A stretch of 44,610 nucleotides of DNA, counting the filler, from Jimgerdemannia flammicorona (Eukaryota), in the NCBI GenBank assembly GCA_003990765.1. It is 2 parts of 2 records of this genome, joined end to end, with 100 filler letters (N's around TTAATTAATTAA, not from the genome) between each part and the next. Parts side by side here need not be neighbours in the genome. Positions count along the whole stretch, not along the records: positions 1 to 22,261 come from RBNJ01001312.1; 1 more part is not named here. The stretch is one strand, 5' to 3'. Of this stretch, positions 1-13,264 are shown piece after piece (position 1 is the stretch's first letter; each line of letters begins with the position of its first letter). Both the position numbers and the translations under genes were made by a program. Below the pieces are notes generated by a model. That model saw only the letters and a program-made list of their open reading frames with translations, ran no database searches and had not been told where the DNA came from.

Positions 1-1630
1 TTATTTTTTTTTATTTTATAGACTTAGAGTCTTGTAGATTTTTATTAGAAGAGAACCTAAACTATATAGATCAAAACCCTCTCTCACTACCTATTGAGCA
101 CTACTCTCTCATTAAACCTAGACTAGTTATTGTCTAATAGACTCAACTATACTAGATATAGTAGAGCCTAATATATATGCCTCTTTCTCCACTACCTTAC
201 TGGTTATAATAGTTTGATAGATAATCTTCCAAGTTCACTTTCTACAACTATTACCCTCTTTATCTTGAGTTGGTTTACTATATCTATTACAAGATAGTGG
301 GAAGAAGACAATGGTAATGAGTTGCCTCTTTATTGGTATTCGATTAGTGTCTTCTCTACTTTTTCATAGTTTCTGATACCTTTGACTGTATCTAGAGTAT
401 ATCTATTTTGATGCAGTGCTTTCTTTCTTTTGCTGTCACCAACAAGGTACTGTCTTGGTATATCATGGGTTATATAGAAAGTCAGCTGATCTTAGGCATC
501 AAATGTCTAGTATAGGTTATCTGCAGATCCTTAGTACCTATGGTGGAACCCTCTGGCTTTGGCAAGCTTCCCAGCAAGTGTGGTTCTGGCATAGGTGACT
601 GTTTTTTGGATATTGTTGGGATGAGAGGAGAGATGGTCATCACAGATAGAAGAAAGAGTAATTATGGTAAACCAGTAGGGTGCCAGACTAGGGATAGTCA
701 TCAGGGCTGGGGTAGGTACTGTTTTGGTGAGGCCTTTTGATTGATATGGAGCAGTTAGATAGTAAGTATCACTCTCAGCTTCTTTTGACAATTCAGCAGA
801 TTGGATCTCAGTTATTAAGAGGGGTCAGAGGGCCCAAGGCTATCCATTTCAGATATCTTGGCTATACTCAACTAGAACTAGGAGCTGATATAACAATATG
901 ATCAAGGTCTGTAGGCTTGAGTAGTGGGGTATTAGAGGTTTTCTCTTACCTTATATATAAGTTCTTTACTTACCTCAACTAGGGGAACCAGACTCTACCC
1001 ATTGTGATGTACTTTGATGAGGGTTTTTCTTTGCCTGTCATTCTTCTTGGGATGGCAGGGGCTATTCTATTTGACTTGGCATAGCTTTGTATATATATTG
1101 GGGTCTTGAGTATATGCTTTCAGTTATTGGCATATGGCTGAGTTCCCCCTGGTGATAGAGAGAGCATAATGTGCAGAATGAGATATGAGCCAACATAGGC
1201 CCTGCTGTGCCTGATATAGTTGAGCTACTAGACAATAGCTAGCTTAGGTTAATGGGGGGGCAGTGCTTGATGAGTAGGGAGGGAGAGTTTTGGTCTATAT
1301 AGTCTAGGTTCTCTTCTAATAAAAATCTATAGAACATTGAGTCCATTTAAAAAAAAAAAAAAAAAAGTAGAGCCTAATGTGGCCCACACTTTATTTTATA
1401 TACTATACTCTTCCTATCACTAGAGAGAACTCAGCTATATATTAATAACTGAAAGTACATATTCAAAACCCTAACATATATATAAAGTTATGCTTGAGTC
1501 AAATAGAATAGCCCCTATCACCTCAAGCAGAATGATGATAAAGAAAAAACTCTCCTCAAAGCACAAAATGGTGGGTAGCTTAGTTCTCTCAAATGAGATA
1601 AGTAGAGAACTTATACATGAGATAAGAGGA
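1..1630 (-). mobile_element. Decayed non-LTR retrotransposon 3' fragment (outer copy, 1-172 + 1379-~1630), split by an inserted copy of the same family
   Basis: 1-172 is the reverse complement of ~1195-1366 (T-rich tail at window start). 1379-1630 is the reverse complement of ~945-1195, so the two pieces are contiguous once the insert is removed. CpG-depleted. Confidence 0.75.
173..1366 (+). mobile_element. 5'-truncated non-LTR (LINE-like) retrotransposon copy with poly(A) tail and TSD
   Basis: AATAAA at ~1318 and A18 tail at 1349-1366. Flanked by direct repeat GTAGAGCCTAAT at 161-172 and 1367-1378. Co-linear with ~33434-34518. Confidence 0.8.
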
Positions 1631-2169
1631 GTACCAAACCTTGTGACTGGTAAGGTAGTAGCACTAGGTGGCATTGTGCGTTTTGAATGGAAAAAAAAGG
1701 TTACACCGCTTCGATTTCACATGACGGCAAGCTTAATTTACTTTTAGGTTCAACTTGTGACCTCATTACAAAGCAATATTCTTTGTTCTGAAACAGCCCA
1801 ATATTGAAACTTGGGTAGTACACGGGAAGACGGCCACGGTTGTGATGAGAACGGCCATGAAACTGAATGTTTTCTATGTTTGAAAGGGTTTCGTGTGTTT
1901 GGGAATGCGTTTAAGGTGTACGTTCGCATCCAGAACAATTGCATGGGAATCAGATTGGATCTAATTGGTATGAACCCGAGCTTGCGGGTTAACCCGGGCA
2001 ATCCAACTCTATCCGCAGAAGTATTTATCCTTCCTTTATCTGATAGCCCAGTCGTGATCCCCAGATTTGGCACTTATCCCAATTGGCGTTTTATATATAA
2101 TGCATAAAACTCTCTGCTCTTTCTTCACGCCGTTTTCTATATTATTTCGAACATTCATCCGACATACCT

Positions 2170-3699
2170 ATGACACTCACAAACATTAATCCGCGACCAG
2201 ACATCGGCCTTAACCTCAAGGACGACATCTCCTCCATCTGGAACGACTCGACCTTCCACGACATGACCATCGTCTGCGCTGACGGCGTGGAGATTAGTGC
2301 CAGTCGTGTCGTCCTGGCTTCAAGGTTTGTACGCTTCTTTCTACATGGTTTCGTTCCTGTCTACCCTACTCTCCCATACAAAATCTGACGTGTAATCCCC
2401 AACAGATGCGCAGTGTTCAAGGCAATGCTGTATGGGCCCATGCGAGAGTCGATCTCGGGCAAGGTTGAGCTCCACTGCATCGATTCCGCGGCTCTGCAAG
2501 TCGTCCTCAGCTATTTGTATACCGGGACCGCTGAAATCGTCGACTCGAACCTTACCATTGCGGTGGAGGTGTATCGTGCCGCAAGCTTTTTGCTGCTTCC
2601 CGGGCTCATGCAGATGGTAGTGGAGCGAGCGAGGGAGGTCTCGGATCTTTGGATTGCCGTGTCTCTGTTCAACGAAACAGTCACGAGGGTGCTTTGGACG
2701 GATGAAATTAACCGGACACTTCTCAAGGCGTTCTGTACTCACCCTCTTGCCATTGGTGACCTAACTGAGCTTTCCCATGAGGCTCTGGAGTTGTTGCTAA
2801 CGCAATCCCACACGATGGAGTTTAACACTCCTGAATTCGACCTCTTGCTTTGTGTGGTAGATTGGGCGTGGGCACGTAACGATGATGCGCAGTCCGAAAC
2901 TGAGCGTCATGCCATTCTTGGCATGGTTAAATCTTCGCCCACGAAATCGGGCGTAAAGATTCTCTTGGGTGAAGGCTCGTCGCTGCCCACGATGATGCAA
3001 CACATGGACCTGGCGATTATCTGTCCTCTCCGCCTGAAGAGTCTAACTGACTCCATCGACTTATTCGCCAACATTCCCCTTGACTACATGGACTCCCACG
3101 TCTGTAACATCGAGTGCACGCTGACCCATCCCTCCAGTCACCGCGGGAAGCCCAAGCTCGTCTGGGACCGATCTCAACTCGGCGACAACATCAGCGTTTC
3201 GGACTGCGGCACCACCGTGGCCTCCAACCGGTTCCCATCTTCCAAGTGGGGCCCGTGGACTGTGCGGTTGACTAGTCCTTTTGTCGCCGGCCGTGGCGAC
3301 GGCATGCACGAGTGGGACATTGTCGTCGAATCCATTGGCTCGCGACACGGTCACCCCATGATCGACGTCGGCCTCGTCGGAGAGGCGTTTGCGGGATTCT
3401 GTGGTAATATGACGTGTACGCCCATAGCGTGGACATTTGAGTCCTTGGGTGATCGGGTTCACGCCGTGTGGTCCCAGACCCACGTGACGTATGGGCAGTT
3501 TGGGACGAGGGTGCAGAGTGGCGATGTGCTGACGTTTTCTCTGGATATGAATAAGCGGACTTGCGCCATTTCCATTAATGGATGGGACTATGGAGTCGCT
3601 TGGAGGGATCTGCCGGATAAGGTGTACCCCGCCGTAACATTACATCCTCAAGCGAGATATCGTGTAAAATTTCACAGTAATGATATTTCCGAGCTTTAA
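2170..3699 (+). CDS. BTB/POZ-(BACK)-SPRY/B30.2 domain protein, ~482 aa; exons 2170-2324, 2406-3699
   Basis: GT-AG intron 2325-2405 joins the frames to give the BTB motif HDMTIVCADGVEISASRVVLASRCAVFKAMLYG...YLYTG. C-terminal SPRY motifs: WDRSQLGDNISVS, GMHEWDIVVE, GDVLTFSLDM, YPAVTL. Confidence 0.9.
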
Positions 3700-4231
3700 T
3701 AAAATCTATAAGTTACTCGCTGTTTTCAAGGATATGTGATATATATGTTGATATGTTGCCACACTTATACAAGGCGCTATCTGTAAATTTAAATTCGACC
3801 GTGACGCCAATCCGAGCAAACCACACAGGATAATTTTTTTAAGAGATTTGAGATGTCGACCGCTCATAGTACCGAAACCCTGTAGATAACCGAAAAGTCT
3901 CAGTGTGGAGGCGGCATAACTATTATTTCATTTGTCTTGATGGCAAAAGTTGGGCGTCTCGACCACGACTCACATCTCCGAAGATCCGTCAGCTGACCGT
4001 TGGGACAATCGAACACCAGGCATGTTTACCACCGACTTGATTCAAAGAGGAAATCAAGGGGTGACGTCGACACGGGTTTTGTTGCGAAGCAAAGAGAAGA
4101 AAGCGTTGTGGGATGATTTGATTTGGTGGCTAGACAACAATTTGACACGGGTGAGACGATGACGTAAGTGCCATGTGCGGCGGAAGTCCTTTCGAAAGTT
4201 CTTCCAACGACTACTCCATTTGATACCTACA

Positions 4232-5988
4232 ATGGAGCAGACACTTTCTTCTGTACCATCCCCACCACCCCCCACCACCACCTCCTCCACCACCACCTCC
4301 ACCACCGCCACCACCCCTACCCCCACCATCCTCCCCGTCGAGCTCATTGTCACCGTTTTCGAAAACCTCGATGGCATCTCCCTAGCTCGTTGCTCCCAGG
4401 TTTGCTCCGCCTGGACCTCCATCATCCAAAGCTACGACGACGTGCTCTGGAGCCAAGCTGTTCGCCGGGATCTCGACCACGATGGGGGCCGAATGCTATG
4501 GTCGCTAAGAGTTCCCAACCCGCGCGACCTCGACGACGTCGGGGACGGTTGTATGAATAACACCGCAGGCGTCGCGTCCGAACATGGGACCGAGAAGTAC
4601 CGCGCCATCGACGCGTCTTCCTCGAACCGACCGAGGCGCACCTGGAGAGACATGTACCGCATCACCCGAAACTGGTACACCGGAAACTATCGCGGCTACT
4701 TCCCTCGCGCCATCCAACCGCACCACCCCTTTCCACTCTCAGAACTCCACACTCCTCCCCCACATTTCCGTCCGACCTGCGTTCTCGGCATTCCGCAAGA
4801 ATCCTACCATAATACTCACCTGACCCTCACCAGCCGCGGCTACCTCGTCCGCTCCAACCCATCCTACCGCCTCCCTGACTACAACCTCCCTAGTGCAACA
4901 CCGACCCCTGTCCTCCCTGACACCCGCGCCATCCTCCTGCAGGACCCGCGTACAGGACGCGTCGTCTCACACCTCGAGAATGCCGACGGCAGTGACGTGA
5001 CGTGCCTCCACGCGGGTCCCAGGTCTCGCTGGCTCGTCACGGGCAGCTTCGACGGGAGCGTTGGAATATGGGATTTGGAGAGGGGGAAGAAGGTCAAGAC
5101 TTGGTTGGGGCATCGCGGGAATGTGTTTTGTGTGAAAATGAATGATAGCGGTACGTGCGTTTGTTGGATTTGGGCTTTGTTTGATCAATGTCACCCTCAA
5201 CACGGCAGCACGTATGCCAAATTCTTTCTTTAAAACTTATCCCAACCATCTCCACCACAGTCGTCATCAGTGGTGGCTTCGACAATACCATCCGCGTCTG
5301 GGACCTCCCACCCACGCATCCACCTTCCTACTTTTCCCCGCGCTCCCCGTCCTCCTACCCAACCCCGGCCACCACTCCGGCCACCCCACACACCGTCTGG
5401 CGCGGCACCATCGACATCTCCTCCTTCTCTGATGCCGGCGACGCATGGTTGAGAGGGGTTTGGGAGCTCGCCGTCTCAGACACTCTCGTCGCATGCACGT
5501 CGGATGCCTCCGGACCCATACTGGTCTTCTCACTCCTAACCGGAACCCTCGTCTACGAGCTGAACGGCGCCGGGATTGCAGGCCACTCGTATAGGAGCAT
5601 GTGTATCACGCCCCTCTTCCTGCTTACGACCGGCAGCACCACGGACATATCTTCCATATCCGCCTGCATCAACGTGTGGGACTTACGCACGGGTCGACTG
5701 CTACGGAGGCTCGTACCCGATACGGACGGGGTCCCAGAGGCGCGGACCGCCTCCATATCGGATGTGCGCGTCCTGCCCGATGGCGCGGGGTTGGTCGTCA
5801 GGTTATGTGATCAATGGAGTCGTAAGGATTGGGTTTATGCTTGGAGCTTTGAGGGGAGGGAGGAAGGATGCGAGGAAGGGGATGCTAAAACGGAGAATGT
5901 CTTCGTGCAGGAGATTGGTGGGGAGGAGATTAGAGCGTTTAAGGAGCCCGGAGAGTGCTATGGGAATGCGTGGGTTTGTTGGGCGTGA
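4232..5988 (+). CDS. F-box/WD40-repeat protein, ~548 aa; exons 4232-5150, 5261-5988
   Basis: F-box ILPVELIVTVFENLDGISLARCSQVCSAWTSII. WD40 repeats LVTGSFDGSVGIWD, GHRGNVFCV...VISGGFDNTIRVWD, INVWDLRTG. Phase-1 GT-AG intron 5151-5260 restores the frame. Confidence 0.9.
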
Positions 5989-6909
5989 TTATCGGCGCTG
6001 GCGGAGGAATTGTGTGTCAGGAGGTCGTACGTCATAGATTTTGCGATGACGTGTTTGGTATTATTTATTCATTTAATTGCGCGGCGTGCTTACGTAGAAC
6101 CTAATCAGATAGTTCGTTGGTCGTTCTCCAATGACAATATTACAAACCCCGGCAGGCATCACGATGTTATTACGCATGAGGCTGGTGTACACTCTCTGTG
6201 TTATTGGTAGGGATGGCAGGAGAATTTAAATCTGGAGAGAGAAGACGATTAAGAGGGTTATGTTTCTTAAAGAGATATATTGGAAGCAAAGTTTATTGTT
6301 AGAAGCAAACTTTGCTTTTGGTCCGGATGTGGCCGACCTTGAGCGAGACAGAATTGCATCTCGATGCGGCAGTTAGTTTTAATATTAATAGTAACATTAT
6401 CTCGACATTTCATCTTCAAGCTAGCAACGGCCCCATTTCCCTAGTAAACAATCCCCCACATTCTGACTCTCTCTCTCTCTCTGAAATGTGTGCAATCCAC
6501 TCGATACCGGCCCTCGCTCTAAAAATTTTAGAAATGAGTACACTGCATAGAACATGTCCAACGAGATTCGTCCTCTCGTGCGCTTATTTTTTGTGAATGA
6601 CTTCCAGGGGTTCGTGTGCACGGCTCTTGCTATGGGTATTGGTGTCGCTCGTTTGTGTCTGTAAACTCGGCGGTCGGATAAAGCAATTCAAGCGATGCGG
6701 GATGCAGTATACTGATCTCTTGAAGATTTAACGGTATCGAAACGACGTCGAATGAAATGCTCGGCGATCCTACACGCTAACCACGAGAAATTGCACAAAA
6801 CTATCGAGACGAAAGATGAATGATTTAAAATAACATGCTCAAAATGGTATTTTCTACACATACGCACTGTTCAGACAAAAGTACACACCCCCATAAGTTG
6901 TACATCTAT

Positions 6910-8041
6910 TCACAACATCGCCATCATTTTCGTCACTAACTCCCTGAAAACCTCAACTTCCTCGCACCTTTCCATGACCTCCTTGAAATTATCGCACTTA
7001 CGTATGACATTCACATTATTTAAAACGTACTCTATGACACTCTTCTTCAAGGGAGGGTAGATATAAGCCCAATCAAACAGGATCTCGAGCGCAGTTGTCG
7101 GGGTGAGCTCCTGCAGAATTCTATTCTCGACCTCTGCGGTGAGCTCGCTGATCTGGTATTTGTCCGAGAGGCAGTAAAGATCGCGCAGCGTCGCACCGGC
7201 GAACCTGTCGGGGTCTAGGAAGCCACTGTAGAGGAACCAGAGCATCGCCCTGAAGCACGGCGCCGTTGTGTCTGTGACCTCGATGGTCACATTTTCGCCC
7301 TTCGCTTGGCTCTCCATCATACCGCTGCTGAACATGGCCTTGAAATAGTCACACCTGCTGATGATGATGTTCTTGTTGGCCTTAATGATTTGGCCACTGA
7401 CTTTGAAATTCACGTATAGGTTGCTCATCATCAGCTCGAAGAGGGTTTCGAGGGACTTATTGGCAGGCATTTCATACGATAACCTGGCTTCAATAGTAAT
7501 ACTCTCGTCTCCGACAAGTGTCACCCGCTCACAAAAGTCTGGGTCGCCTGTATGTGGAAAGATGGCAACGAATGTCAACACTGTGTACACAGGGATGTTA
7601 TTTGTACAATGAACCAAAAATAATGTCATATCGTTCAGTGCTCACCCCAGCTTGACGAAGCGGAGATAAAATCACATTTAAAAGTCTTGTTTGCCAAGCC
7701 TTTCTTTGATGAAGCCGACCAGCAAAGGAGTGTGATATGGACATTTGGACGGACGCGAAAAACCTCCTTCGGGGTTCGCTGTTCCGCCTTAACAAAGGCC
7801 GCTACGAACCCCTCTTTGGTGGTCTTTGTTCCGTTCTGTAAATCGATTTGGCCATAAGAATTCCAACAGTACAAGAACAAAGGAGACTCCCAGAGTAGAC
7901 TCGATGACTTGCCGGATAGAACACCAGTTTCCAGCCGTCGTTGGCCGGAGTATACGCAGTACGGCTTGCGTATGATCTCTCTTTCAAGTCGCAAAGCTTC
8001 CCGAACACCCAGCTGAAGGAGAAAACCGTATTGTCAGACAT
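6910..8041 (-). CDS. MATH-BTB (SPOP-like) protein copy 1, ~318 aa; exons 8041-7913, 7835-7646, 7547-6910
   Basis: MATH motifs FSFSWVF, GWKLVFYP|NG, WGDPDFC. BTB motif IIKANKNIIISRCDYFKAMFSSGMME...FLYSG. Exon lengths 129+190+638 are in frame; intron 1 is GC-AG. Confidence 0.88.
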
Positions 8042-8829
8042 ATTGAAATAAGTAATAGCGAGTTTGACAAAATTGCGGGTTAGAGCGGAGGTGCAGGTGG
8101 CTTGGTGCGACACGTCAGTCGGCGCAGTCGCTCTTTCCCAATGCAAAGCTCCCATCGGTGGAACAGGAATCATAGGCTCCGCCAGGCCTCTTCATATAGC
8201 ATCCTGGTTTTATCGCGTACCGGCACACCCCCGACCTCTTCAACCCCGCCCCTCAATATCCATACGACAAGAAGCGCTCGCTGATGAGAAATACACCGGG
8301 CACTTCTTCGGTGGAGGCGGCCGACAGTGACAACTGCGTCGCGGTTCAGCTTTTCGTAAGTCCCTTGATCACCATAAAGCTTCTGATTGGCAATGGTGCC
8401 AACAGTGTGGACGACAGTGGAGGTGTTGGTGAGCAATGATCTAAAGGTGAAAGGGTCGAGAGCGCTGCCCCCTCGGGTGGATTCTCGACGAAAGATACAT
8501 CAGGACGAAGAGGGAGGCCGAGAAAATCCTCGTAGATGGCGAGTTCAAGGACCGGTTGTGGATGATCTTCCGGCCAGGTTAGCTAGAGCTATGGTAACTT
8601 CACTAACGCTGCCTCCTTGCTTGCTCTTCATTGACCACCTATTGCCATGACTACCTTGCTCAAACTATCCAGGCATCGTCTACTCCTACCATCAACGCCA
8701 GTTTATGGTCTCGATTGCCTTCGGCGCCATCTTCTTTCCGCCCTCTTCTCGCTCTTCAAGTCCTATATCCCTGATTCGTTCACCTTTCTCACGGATCGGC
8801 CGTGTTGAGTTTGGTGGTAGTGTGTAGGC

Positions 8830-9180
8830 ATTGTTTGATCAATGTCACTCTCGACACAGCATCACTATGCCAAATTCTCTTCATTCCCTACAGTTGTCAT
8901 CAGCGGCGGCTCCGACAATACCATCCGCGTCCGGGACCTCCCACCCACGCATTCATCCTCCTACTTCTCCCAGCGCTCCCCGTCCTCCTATCCAACCCCG
9001 GCCACCCCGGCCATCTCACATACCGTCTGGCGCGGCACGAAATCTCCTTCTACCTCTCTGCATGGTTGACAGGGGTTTGGGAGCTCGCCGTCTCAAAACT
9101 CTCGTTACATGCACGTCGGACTCCACCGGACTCATACTCGTCTTTTCACTTCTAACCGGGACCTTATCTACGAGTTGAAT
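8830..9180 (+). pseudogene. Duplicated 3' fragment (intron + exon 2 start) of the F-box/WD40 gene
   Basis: VVISGGSDNTIRVRDLPPTH...HTVWRGT and GVWELAVS are co-linear with ~5177-5565, with frameshifts and no 5' exon. Confidence 0.85.
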
Positions 9181-9843
9181 GGGTATCACTCTTTGTATTA
9201 TTGGTGGGGATGGCAGGGTAATTTAAATTTGGAGGAAAAAGACGATTAAGAGGGTTCTGTTTCTTAAAGAGATCTATGGGAAGCAGAGTTTATTGTTAGA
9301 AGCAAACTTTGCTTTTGGTCAGGATGTGGCCGACCTTGAGCGAGACGGCGTCTCGATGTGGCAGTTAGTTTTGCGATATTAATAATAACATTATCTCGAC
9401 ATTTCACCTCCAAGCTAGCAACGGCTCCCGTTTCCCTAGTAAATAATCTCATATTCTGACTCTGAAATGTGTCCCTCGCTCTAATAAATTTAGAAATGAA
9501 TACACCACATAGAACATGTCCAACGGGATTCATCCTCTCGTGCGCTTATTATTTTTGTGTCCCTCGGTTGTGTCGTTGTCCTTTTCTGTGAACTTGGTGA
9601 TGGAGATAAAGCAATTCAAAAAATCACAGGATATGCAGTATACTGACCTCTCGATCGGAAATGGAAGACGCGTGTATGGCTTTATGCATTGATACCAATT
9701 TGACGATATTGAACATCAATGGCATGGAATGCTCGACAATCTACATGCTAACCACGAGAGATGAACTAATACTGCATAAAACTATCGAGACGAGAGATGG
9801 GTGATTTAAACCAACATGCCAGAGCAATGATTTTCTACTGTAT

Positions 9844-10996
9844 TCACAATATCGTAACAATTTCCATCACTAACTCCCTGAAAACCTCTACTTCATCGCA
9901 TCTTTCCATGACCTCTTTAAAATTCTCGCACTTGCGTATGGCATTCACATTCTTTAAGACGTACTCTACGACACTCTTCCTCAAGGGAGGGTAAACATGC
10001 GCCCAGTCAAGCAGGATCTCGAGCGCAGTTGCCGGGGTGAGCTCCTGCATAATTCTATTCTCGACCTCTGTGGTGAGCTCGCTGATCTGGTACTTGTCCG
10101 AGAGGCAGTAAAGATCACGTAGAGTCGCACCGGTGAACCTGTGGGGGTCTAGGAAGCCGCTGTAGAGGAACCAGAGCATCGCCCTGAAGCACGGCGCCGT
10201 TGTGTCTGTGATCTCGACGGTCGCGTTTTCGCCCTTTATCTGGTTCTCCATCATGCCGCTGCTGAACATGGCCTTGAAATAGTCGCACCTGCTGGTGATG
10301 ATGTTCTTGTCCGCCTTAATGATTTGGCCATTGACGTTGAAATCCACATCTAGGCTGCTCATCATCAGCTCAAATAGGGTTTCGAGGGGCTTATTGGCAG
10401 GCATTTCATACAATAATTTGGCTTCAATAGTAATACCCTCATCTCCAGGAGGTTGAATAAGTATCTCCTGCTTACAAAAGTCCGGGTCGCCTGTAGTGGA
10501 AAGATGGCAACGGATGTTAACACTATGTACAGGGATGTTATTTGTACGATGAACCAAAAATAATGTCATATCGTTCAGTGCTCACCCCAGCTTGATGAAG
10601 AGGAGCTAAAATCACTTTTAAAGGTCTTATTTGCCAAGAGTTTCTTTGATGAAGCCGACCAACAAAGGAGTGTGATCTGGACATTTGAACGGACGCAAAA
10701 AACCTCCATTGGGTTTCGCTGTTCTGCCCTAACACTAACCGCTACGAACCCCTTCGTGCTATTCTTTGCTCCATCCTGTGAACCGATTTGGCTATAAGAA
10801 TTAAGACAGCAATATTAAAAAACAAAAAGAGACTCCTAGCGTAGACCAGGTGACTTACCGGACAGAACATCAGACTCCAGCCGTCGTTGGCCGGAGTATA
10901 CGCAGTACGACTGGTGTATGATTTCTTCTTCAAGTCGCAAAGCTTCCCGAACACCCAGCTGAAGGAGAAATCCGTTTTCACCGTTTTGTCAGCCAT
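9844..10996 (-). CDS. MATH-BTB protein copy 2, ~324 aa; exons 10996-10859, 10775-10586, 10490-9844
   Basis: Same three-exon structure (138+190+647 nt), open frame, GT-AG introns, same BTB motif. Confidence 0.88.
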
Positions 10997-11199
10997 GTTG
11001 AAATAGGTGAAAGCGAGGTTGGGGTTAGAGTCAGTAGGTGGCTTAGTGCTCACGTCATTTGGCACACTACTATTTGGGCGTCTACTCATACCACCAGCGC
11101 CAGTTTATGGTCCTCTTTTCGCCCTTTAAATCCTATATCTCCGACTCGTTCACCTTTCTCACAAATCGGCCATGTTGAGTTTGGTGGTTGTGCGTAGGC

Positions 11200-11620
11200 A
11201 TTGTGTGATCAATATCATCTTCAACACAACATTTTTTTTTTTTTTTTTTTTTTTTTTATCTTCAACACAACATTGTGTATGCCAAATTATCTATCCTAAC
11301 CATCACCACAGTCGTCATCAGCGTCTGGGACCTCCCACCCATATCCACCTTCCTACTCCCCTCTTCCTATCCAACTAACCCGGCCACCACCCCGGCCACT
11401 ACCTCGGCCACCCCACACACCGTCTGGCGCGGCACCATCGACATCTCCTATCTCTCTGCTGCCGGCGACGCATGGTTGACAGGGGTTTGGGAGCTCGCCG
11501 TCTCAGACACTCTCGTCACATGCACGTCGGACTCGCTCCTAACCGGAACCCTCGTCTACGAGCTGAACGGCGCCGGGATTCACGATGTAACGTGCTTCAT
11601 TACGCATGAGGCTGGTGCTA
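11200..11620 (+). pseudogene. Second duplicated F-box/WD40 3' fragment
   Basis: TVVISVWDLPP...HTVWRGTIDIS...GDAWLTGVWELAVSDTLV...LVYELNGAGI, with internal deletions relative to 5261-5580. Confidence 0.85.
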
Positions 11621-12119
11621 GGAGCAAGTTGGTGACGTGATACGTTTGGTCAGGATGTGGTCGGCAGAACATTATCTCGACATTTCGCCTCCGGCTTCCG
11701 TTTCTCTAGTAAATACACTTCATCTCCGGCTCCCGTTTCCCTAGTAAATAATCCCAACTCTGCACATTCTGACTTTCCCTGAGACGCATGCAATCAATCC
11801 AATATCGGTTCTTGGTCTAATAAATTGAAATGGATGCACCACATGAAACATGTCCAACGAGATTCATCCTCTCTCGTGCTCATTTTATTTTTATTTTTTT
11901 TGTGAATGACATTAGAGTTTCGTATAGGTATTGTATCGCTCGTTTGTATCGTTGTAAAATTCGGTGATGGGAGATAAAGCAATTCAAGTAATTACAGGAT
12001 ATGCAGTATATTGATCTCTCATGATAATTTAAAACAACATGCTCAGAGAGGTGCTTTTCCACACATACGCACCTTTCAGACAAAAAATACATATTCTCAT
12101 AAGTAGTAATTACATCTAT

Positions 12120-13264
12120 TCACAATAACGCAATAATTTCCATCACTACCTCCCTGAAAACTTCGATTTCCTTGCACCTTTCCATGATCTCCTTAAAATT
12201 CTCGCACTTGCGCACGGCATTCACATTCTTTAAAACGTACTCTATGGCCCTCTTCCTCAAGGGAGGGTAGATATACGCCCAACCAAATAAGATCTCGAGC
12301 GCAGTTGCCGGAGTGAGCTCCTGCATAATTCTATTCTCGGCCATTGCGGTGAGCTCGCTGATCTGGTACTTGTCCGAGAGGCAGTAGAGATCGCGCGGAG
12401 TCGCACCGGTAAACCTGTCGGGATCCAGGAAGCCGCTGTAGAGAAACCAGAGCATCGCCCTGAAGCACGGCGCCGTTGTGTCTGTGACCTCGATGGTCGC
12501 ATTTTCGCTCTTCACCTGGTTCTCCATCATACCGCTGCTGAACATGGCCTTGAAATAGTCGCACCTGCTGGTGATGATGTTCTTGTTGGCCTTAATGATT
12601 TGGCCACTGACGTTGAAATTCACATCTAGGTTGTTCATCATCAGTTCGAAGATGGTTTCGAGGGACCTATTGACAGGCATTTCATACGACAACTTGACTT
12701 CAATAGTAATACCCTCATCTCCGGGAGGTTGAATAAGTGTCTCTCGCTTACAAAAGTTTATTGAGCCTGCATGTGGAAAGATGGCAACGGATGTTAACCC
12801 AGAGCACACAGAGATGTTATTCGTACGACGAACCAAGATAATGATATATCATTCAGTACTCACCCCAGCTTTCTTTAGTGGAAGTAAACTCTTTTTTTTC
12901 CTGGGTCACCTCTGCAAAGAGTTTCTTTGATGAAGCCGACCAACAAAGGAGTGTGATCTCGACATTTGGACGGACGCGAAAAACCTCCATCGGGTTTCGC
13001 TGTTCCGCCCTAACAAAAGCCGCTACGAACCCCTCCTTGTTAGCCTTCATTCCGTTCTGTAAACCGATTTGGCCATAAGTACTCTGAAGCATACTAAAAG
13101 AAAATAGGAAACTCCCAGAGTGAACGGTGACTTGCCGGATAGAACGCCAGGCTCCAGCCGTCGTCGGCCGGAGTATACGCAGTATGACTGGTGTATGATC
13201 TCTCCTCCAAGTCACAAAGCTTCCCGAACACCCAGCTAAAGGAGAAAACCGTTTTTTCGGGCAT
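12120..13264 (-). CDS. MATH-BTB protein copy 3, ~322 aa; exons 13264-13136, 13056-12864, 12766-12120
   Basis: Exons of 129+193+647 nt are in frame. GC-AG first intron. MATH and BTB motifs as in copy 1. Confidence 0.88.

Noticed and set aside
1..1366. 1-172 / 1195-1366 as terminal inverted repeats of a DNA transposon
   Set aside because: The poly(A) tail, the 12-bp TSD and the continuation of the minus copy after 1378 show nested retroposition instead.
1750..2107. Short overlapping ORFs upstream of the BTB-SPRY gene
   Set aside because: No motifs and non-ATG starts; probably promoter or intergenic DNA.
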